Origin: Actinomycetota bacterium
Lineage (GTDB): Bacteria; Actinomycetota; Actinomycetes; S36-B12; UBA5976
Reading direction: 5' to 3'
Assembly (NCBI GenBank): GCA_009918005.1
Contig: RGDC01000002.1
Coordinates: forward strand, 1-60,014
DNA: 60,014 nt
The translations under genes were made by a program, and so were the position numbers. Each line of letters begins with the position of its first letter. Position 1 is the stretch's first letter. The notes beneath the pieces are model-generated. The model was given only the letters and a program-made list of their open reading frames with translations, was not told where the DNA came from and ran no database searches. Shown here one piece after another: positions 57,071 through 60,014 of this stretch.

Positions 57071-59791
57071 GTGAGTGTTCTGGACAAAATTCTTCGTGCT
57101 GGCGAAGGAAAGATTCTGCGAACTCTTGAGTCACTTGCAGCTCAAGTCAATACATTAGAAGAGCACTACGTTGCGATGTCTGATGACGAGTTACGTGGAC
57201 TAACTGCGGACTTCAAACTTCGAATCTCAAACGGCGAAACTCTGGACGATCTATTGCCAGAGGCATTTGCTGCAGTTCGAGAAGCCAGCAAGCGCACGTT
57301 AGGTCAACGTCATTACGACGTTCAATTAATGGGTGGCGCCGCACTTCACTTAGGCAACATTGCTGAAATGCGAACTGGTGAAGGTAAAACCCTCGTTTCA
57401 ACTTTGCCAGCATATTTAAATGCTCTTTCTGGCCGTGGTGTTCATGTTGTAACAGTTAACGATTATTTAGCTGCTCGAGATGCGCAGTGGATGGGTCGCG
57501 TACATCGTTTTCTAGGTTTAGAAGTTGGCACGATTCTTTCAGAGATGAATCCTGAACAGCGCCGCGCTTCTTACAACGCAGATATTACTTACGGCACAAA
57601 CAATGAATTTGGTTTCGACTACCTTCGCGACAACATGACATTGAATCCAGCGGATCGAGTTCAACGCGATTACAACTTTGCCATAGTCGACGAAGTTGAC
57701 TCGATTTTGATCGATGAAGCCCGAACCCCACTTTTGATTAGTGGTCCAGCAGATGTTGCAACGAAGTGGTACGCCGAGTTTGCGCGCCTTGTTCCTCGAC
57801 TATCTGCAGAAACCGATTACGAAGTTAATGAGAAGAAGCGAACAATTGGAATTTTGGAACCAGGTGTTGAGAAAGTCGAAAACTGGTTGGGTATCGAAAA
57901 TCTTTATGAATCTGCAAACACGCCATTAGTAGGTTATTTAAATAATGCAATTAAAGCCCTTGCATTATTTAAGAAGGATAAAGATTACGTCGTAATGGAC
58001 GGCGAAGTTCTAATTGTTGATGAACACACTGGTCGAATCTTGGCCGGACGTCGTTACAACGACGGAATGCATCAGGCAATTGAAGCCAAAGAAGGCGTGG
58101 AGATTCAAAACGAAAATCAAACTCTTGCCACAATCACAATTCAAAATTATTTCCGCATGTACGACAAGCTCTCGGGCATGACCGGTACGGCGATGACTGA
58201 AGCTTCAGAATTCCAACAGATTTACAAACTCGGCGTAGTTCCAATCCCAGCCAACCGCCCAGTTCAGCGCATTGATCAATCAGATTTGGTTTACCGAACC
58301 GAAGATGCAAAGTTAAAGGCTGTAATTGCTGACATCGAAGCGAAGCATCGCATTGGTCAGCCGATTTTGGTTGGAACAACCAGTGTTGAAAAGAGCGAAT
58401 TAGTCTCAAAGTATTTGACTCGTTCCGGAATACCTCACGAAGTATTGAACGCCAAGCAGCACGATCGAGAAGCAACAATTGTTGCGGAAGCAGGTCGTAA
58501 AGGTGCAGTAACTGTTGCAACAAACATGGCTGGCCGAGGTACTGACATCATGCTGGGTGGTAACCCAGAATTCCGTGCTACCCAGGAACTTGAACGTAGA
58601 GGCTTGGATCCAGTTGAAAATTCCGTCGAGTATGAAGCCGCTTGGGCACCTGCGCTGGACGCAGCAAAAGCAGCCGTCGCGTCTGAACACGATGAAGTAG
58701 TGGCAGTAGGTGGACTTTATGTTTTAGGAACTGAACGTCACGAATCACGTCGTATTGATAATCAGTTACGTGGCCGATCTGGACGCCAAGGCGATCCAGG
58801 TGAAACTCGCTTCTATTTGTCGCTTGAAGATGACTTAATGCGTCTATTTAAAGGTGATATGGTCAACTCCTTCTTACAGCGATTCAATGTTCCAGATGAT
58901 GTTCCAATTGAAGCCAAGATGGTTACGAATTCAATTCGTTCGGCGCAGACCCAGGTTGAAGCTCAAAACTTCGAGATTCGCAAAAATGTTTTGAAGTATG
59001 ACGAAGTCATGAATCGACAGCGTCAAGTTGTTTATGGGGAACGCTCTCGTGTGCTTGATGGCGAAGACATTCAGGATCAGATCAAGTCGTTTATGAATGA
59101 CACGATTGCTGCATATGTTGCTGCTGAAACTGCCGAAGGTTTCCCAGAAGATTGGGATCTGCAAGAACTGTGGAAGGCGTTGTCTGCGCTTTACCCGATC
59201 GAGATTTCGATCAATGACATGGTGAAAGCCGCAGGTGGAGATCCAGGAGATCTTTCTGCCGAATTCATGACTGCTACTTTGCAAGACGATATCAACCGCG
59301 CTTACTTAGCGCGCGAAGCTGAATTACAGCCTCCAGTTATGCGCGAACTTGAGCGCCGAGTTATTTTGTCGGTTCTTGATCGCAAGTGGCGCGAACATTT
59401 GTACGAGATGGATTACTTGCAAGAGGGTATTGGCCTGCGCGCCATGGCACAACGAGATCCGCTTGTTGAGTACCAACGTGAAGGATTCGATCTGTTTGTT
59501 TCAATGATGGATGCCATAAAGGAAGAATCTGTTGGCTACATGTTCAACGCTGAAGTCACTGTTACTCCGCATGTTCACGAGGATGGCGAAGCAGATGAAG
59601 TTGAACTTGAAACTAAGGGACTGGCTGCTCCACAATCTCCGACAGCACTTCAATACTCAGGACCAAGTGAAACGGGAGAAGTCAAAACCACCTCAGTTTC
59701 AGGTGATGCTTATTCAAATGTTGGCCGCAACGAACCTTGCCCATGTGGCTCGGGTAACAAGTACAAGAAGTGCCACGGAGCAGCTAGTTAA
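57071..59791 (+). CDS. secA: Preprotein translocase ATPase SecA
   Basis: [38 protein letters not shown]-like block, [21 protein letters not shown], and the C-terminal zinc motif [14 protein letters not shown]. 906 aa, GTG start. Confidence 0.95.
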   Translation: MSVLDKILRAGEGKILRTLESLAAQVNTLEEHYVAMSDDELRGLTADFKLRISNGETLDDLLPEAFAAVREASKRTLGQRHYDVQLMGGAALHLGNIAEMRTGEGKTLVSTLPAYLNALSGRGVHVVTVNDYLAARDAQWMGRVHRFLGLEVGTILSEMNPEQRRASYNADITYGTNNEFGFDYLRDNMTLNPADRVQRDYNFAIVDEVDSILIDEARTPLLISGPADVATKWYAEFARLVPRLSAETDYEVNEKKRTIGILEPGVEKVENWLGIENLYESANTPLVGYLNNAIKALALFKKDKDYVVMDGEVLIVDEHTGRILAGRRYNDGMHQAIEAKEGVEIQNENQTLATITIQNYFRMYDKLSGMTGTAMTEASEFQQIYKLGVVPIPANRPVQRIDQSDLVYRTEDAKLKAVIADIEAKHRIGQPILVGTTSVEKSELVSKYLTRSGIPHEVLNAKQHDREATIVAEAGRKGAVTVATNMAGRGTDIMLGGNPEFRATQELERRGLDPVENSVEYEAAWAPALDAAKAAVASEHDEVVAVGGLYVLGTERHESRRIDNQLRGRSGRQGDPGETRFYLSLEDDLMRLFKGDMVNSFLQRFNVPDDVPIEAKMVTNSIRSAQTQVEAQNFEIRKNVLKYDEVMNRQRQVVYGERSRVLDGEDIQDQIKSFMNDTIAAYVAAETAEGFPEDWDLQELWKALSALYPIEISINDMVKAAGGDPGDLSAEFMTATLQDDINRAYLAREAELQPPVMRELERRVILSVLDRKWREHLYEMDYLQEGIGLRAMAQRDPLVEYQREGFDLFVSMMDAIKEESVGYMFNAEVTVTPHVHEDGEADEVELETKGLAAPQSPTALQYSGPSETGEVKTTSVSGDAYSNVGRNEPCPCGSGNKYKKCHGAAS

Positions 59792-59797
59792 CTATTC

Positions 59798-59820
59798 CGG
59801 CAGTACTTACTCAGCCGTTT
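59798..59820 (+). terminator. Weak terminator-like hairpin after secA
   Basis: cggcagt-actt-act(ca)gccg forms a 7-bp stem with a 2-nt bulge, followed by TTT. Low stability. Confidence 0.3.
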
Positions 59821-60014
59821 CTATTCCGGCAGTGCCCACATCAAATTTGTCGCACGCCATCTTCCATCCAAACCTTCTAGTCGTAGTGCCAGTGCGAAGG
59901 AACGATTTGGAGTTCCAAAGACTGAACTAACTTCGGCAACACCATCATCCGTTTCATGCACATGGATGCTTCGAACTCCTAGTCGCGGCATTTTGTTGCG
60001 AGAAATTTGATTTT
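59821..60014 (-). CDS. Rv3235-like family protein, C-terminal part only (runs off the window)
   Basis: The minus-strand frame is open from 60012 to the stop (cta at 59821-59823). ...VRSIHVHETDDGVAEVSSVFGTPNRSFALALRLEGLDGRWRATNL resembles the RWxCTAL-ending family found next to secA in actinobacteria (from memory). It is not in the ORF track because the in-window Met-to-stop length is under 60 aa. Confidence 0.45.
   Translation of the reverse strand, partial: NQISRNKMPRLGVRSIHVHETDDGVAEVSSVFGTPNRSFALALRLEGLDGRWRATNLMWALPE

Overview
This is a very gene-dense, comparatively AT-rich segment of an actinobacterial core chromosome. TTA and AAA codons are common. Many genes are translationally coupled through ATGA/TAATG overlaps. 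Three convergent pairs overlap at their 3' ends: copA/pmt, crcB/5-FCL and msrA/MFS.

The lineage call rests on mca (mycothiol), a PMT-type mannosyltransferase, and gene order. As I recall it, the order parallels M. tuberculosis Rv0990c-Rv1026: SAF protein, ruc, 5-FCL, galU, moeA1/glp, rimJ, Rv0996-like, then pmt, rsmI, metG, tatD, the rpfB slot, ksgA, ispE, then tRNA-Gln, glmU, prs, rplY, pth, mfd, mazG, eno, ftsB, DUF501, ppx. A greA/DUF4307/mca block and secA follow. A streamlined aquatic actinobacterium is a plausible source, but that is inference only.

I see no rRNA, CRISPR array, transposase, integrase or recognisable defence genes. This looks like an ordinary core region rather than an accessory island, and I cannot point to a clear novel multi-gene system.

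The items most worth a second look are sequence lesions or reductions in conserved genes:
- ispE is split by a frame change and lacks a conserved segment.
- The tRNA-Leu(UAA)-like gene downstream of ppx lacks the long variable arm that bacterial tRNA-Leu normally carry.
- The MoeA-family gene between galU and rimJ (the gephyrin-like Glp position) is about 100 residues short and lacks MoeA catalytic motifs.
- A DrrA-type ABC ATPase lacks the conserved G-x-V-I-A-E-G-T..ELK segment.

All family assignments come from motif recognition by eye. No searches were run.
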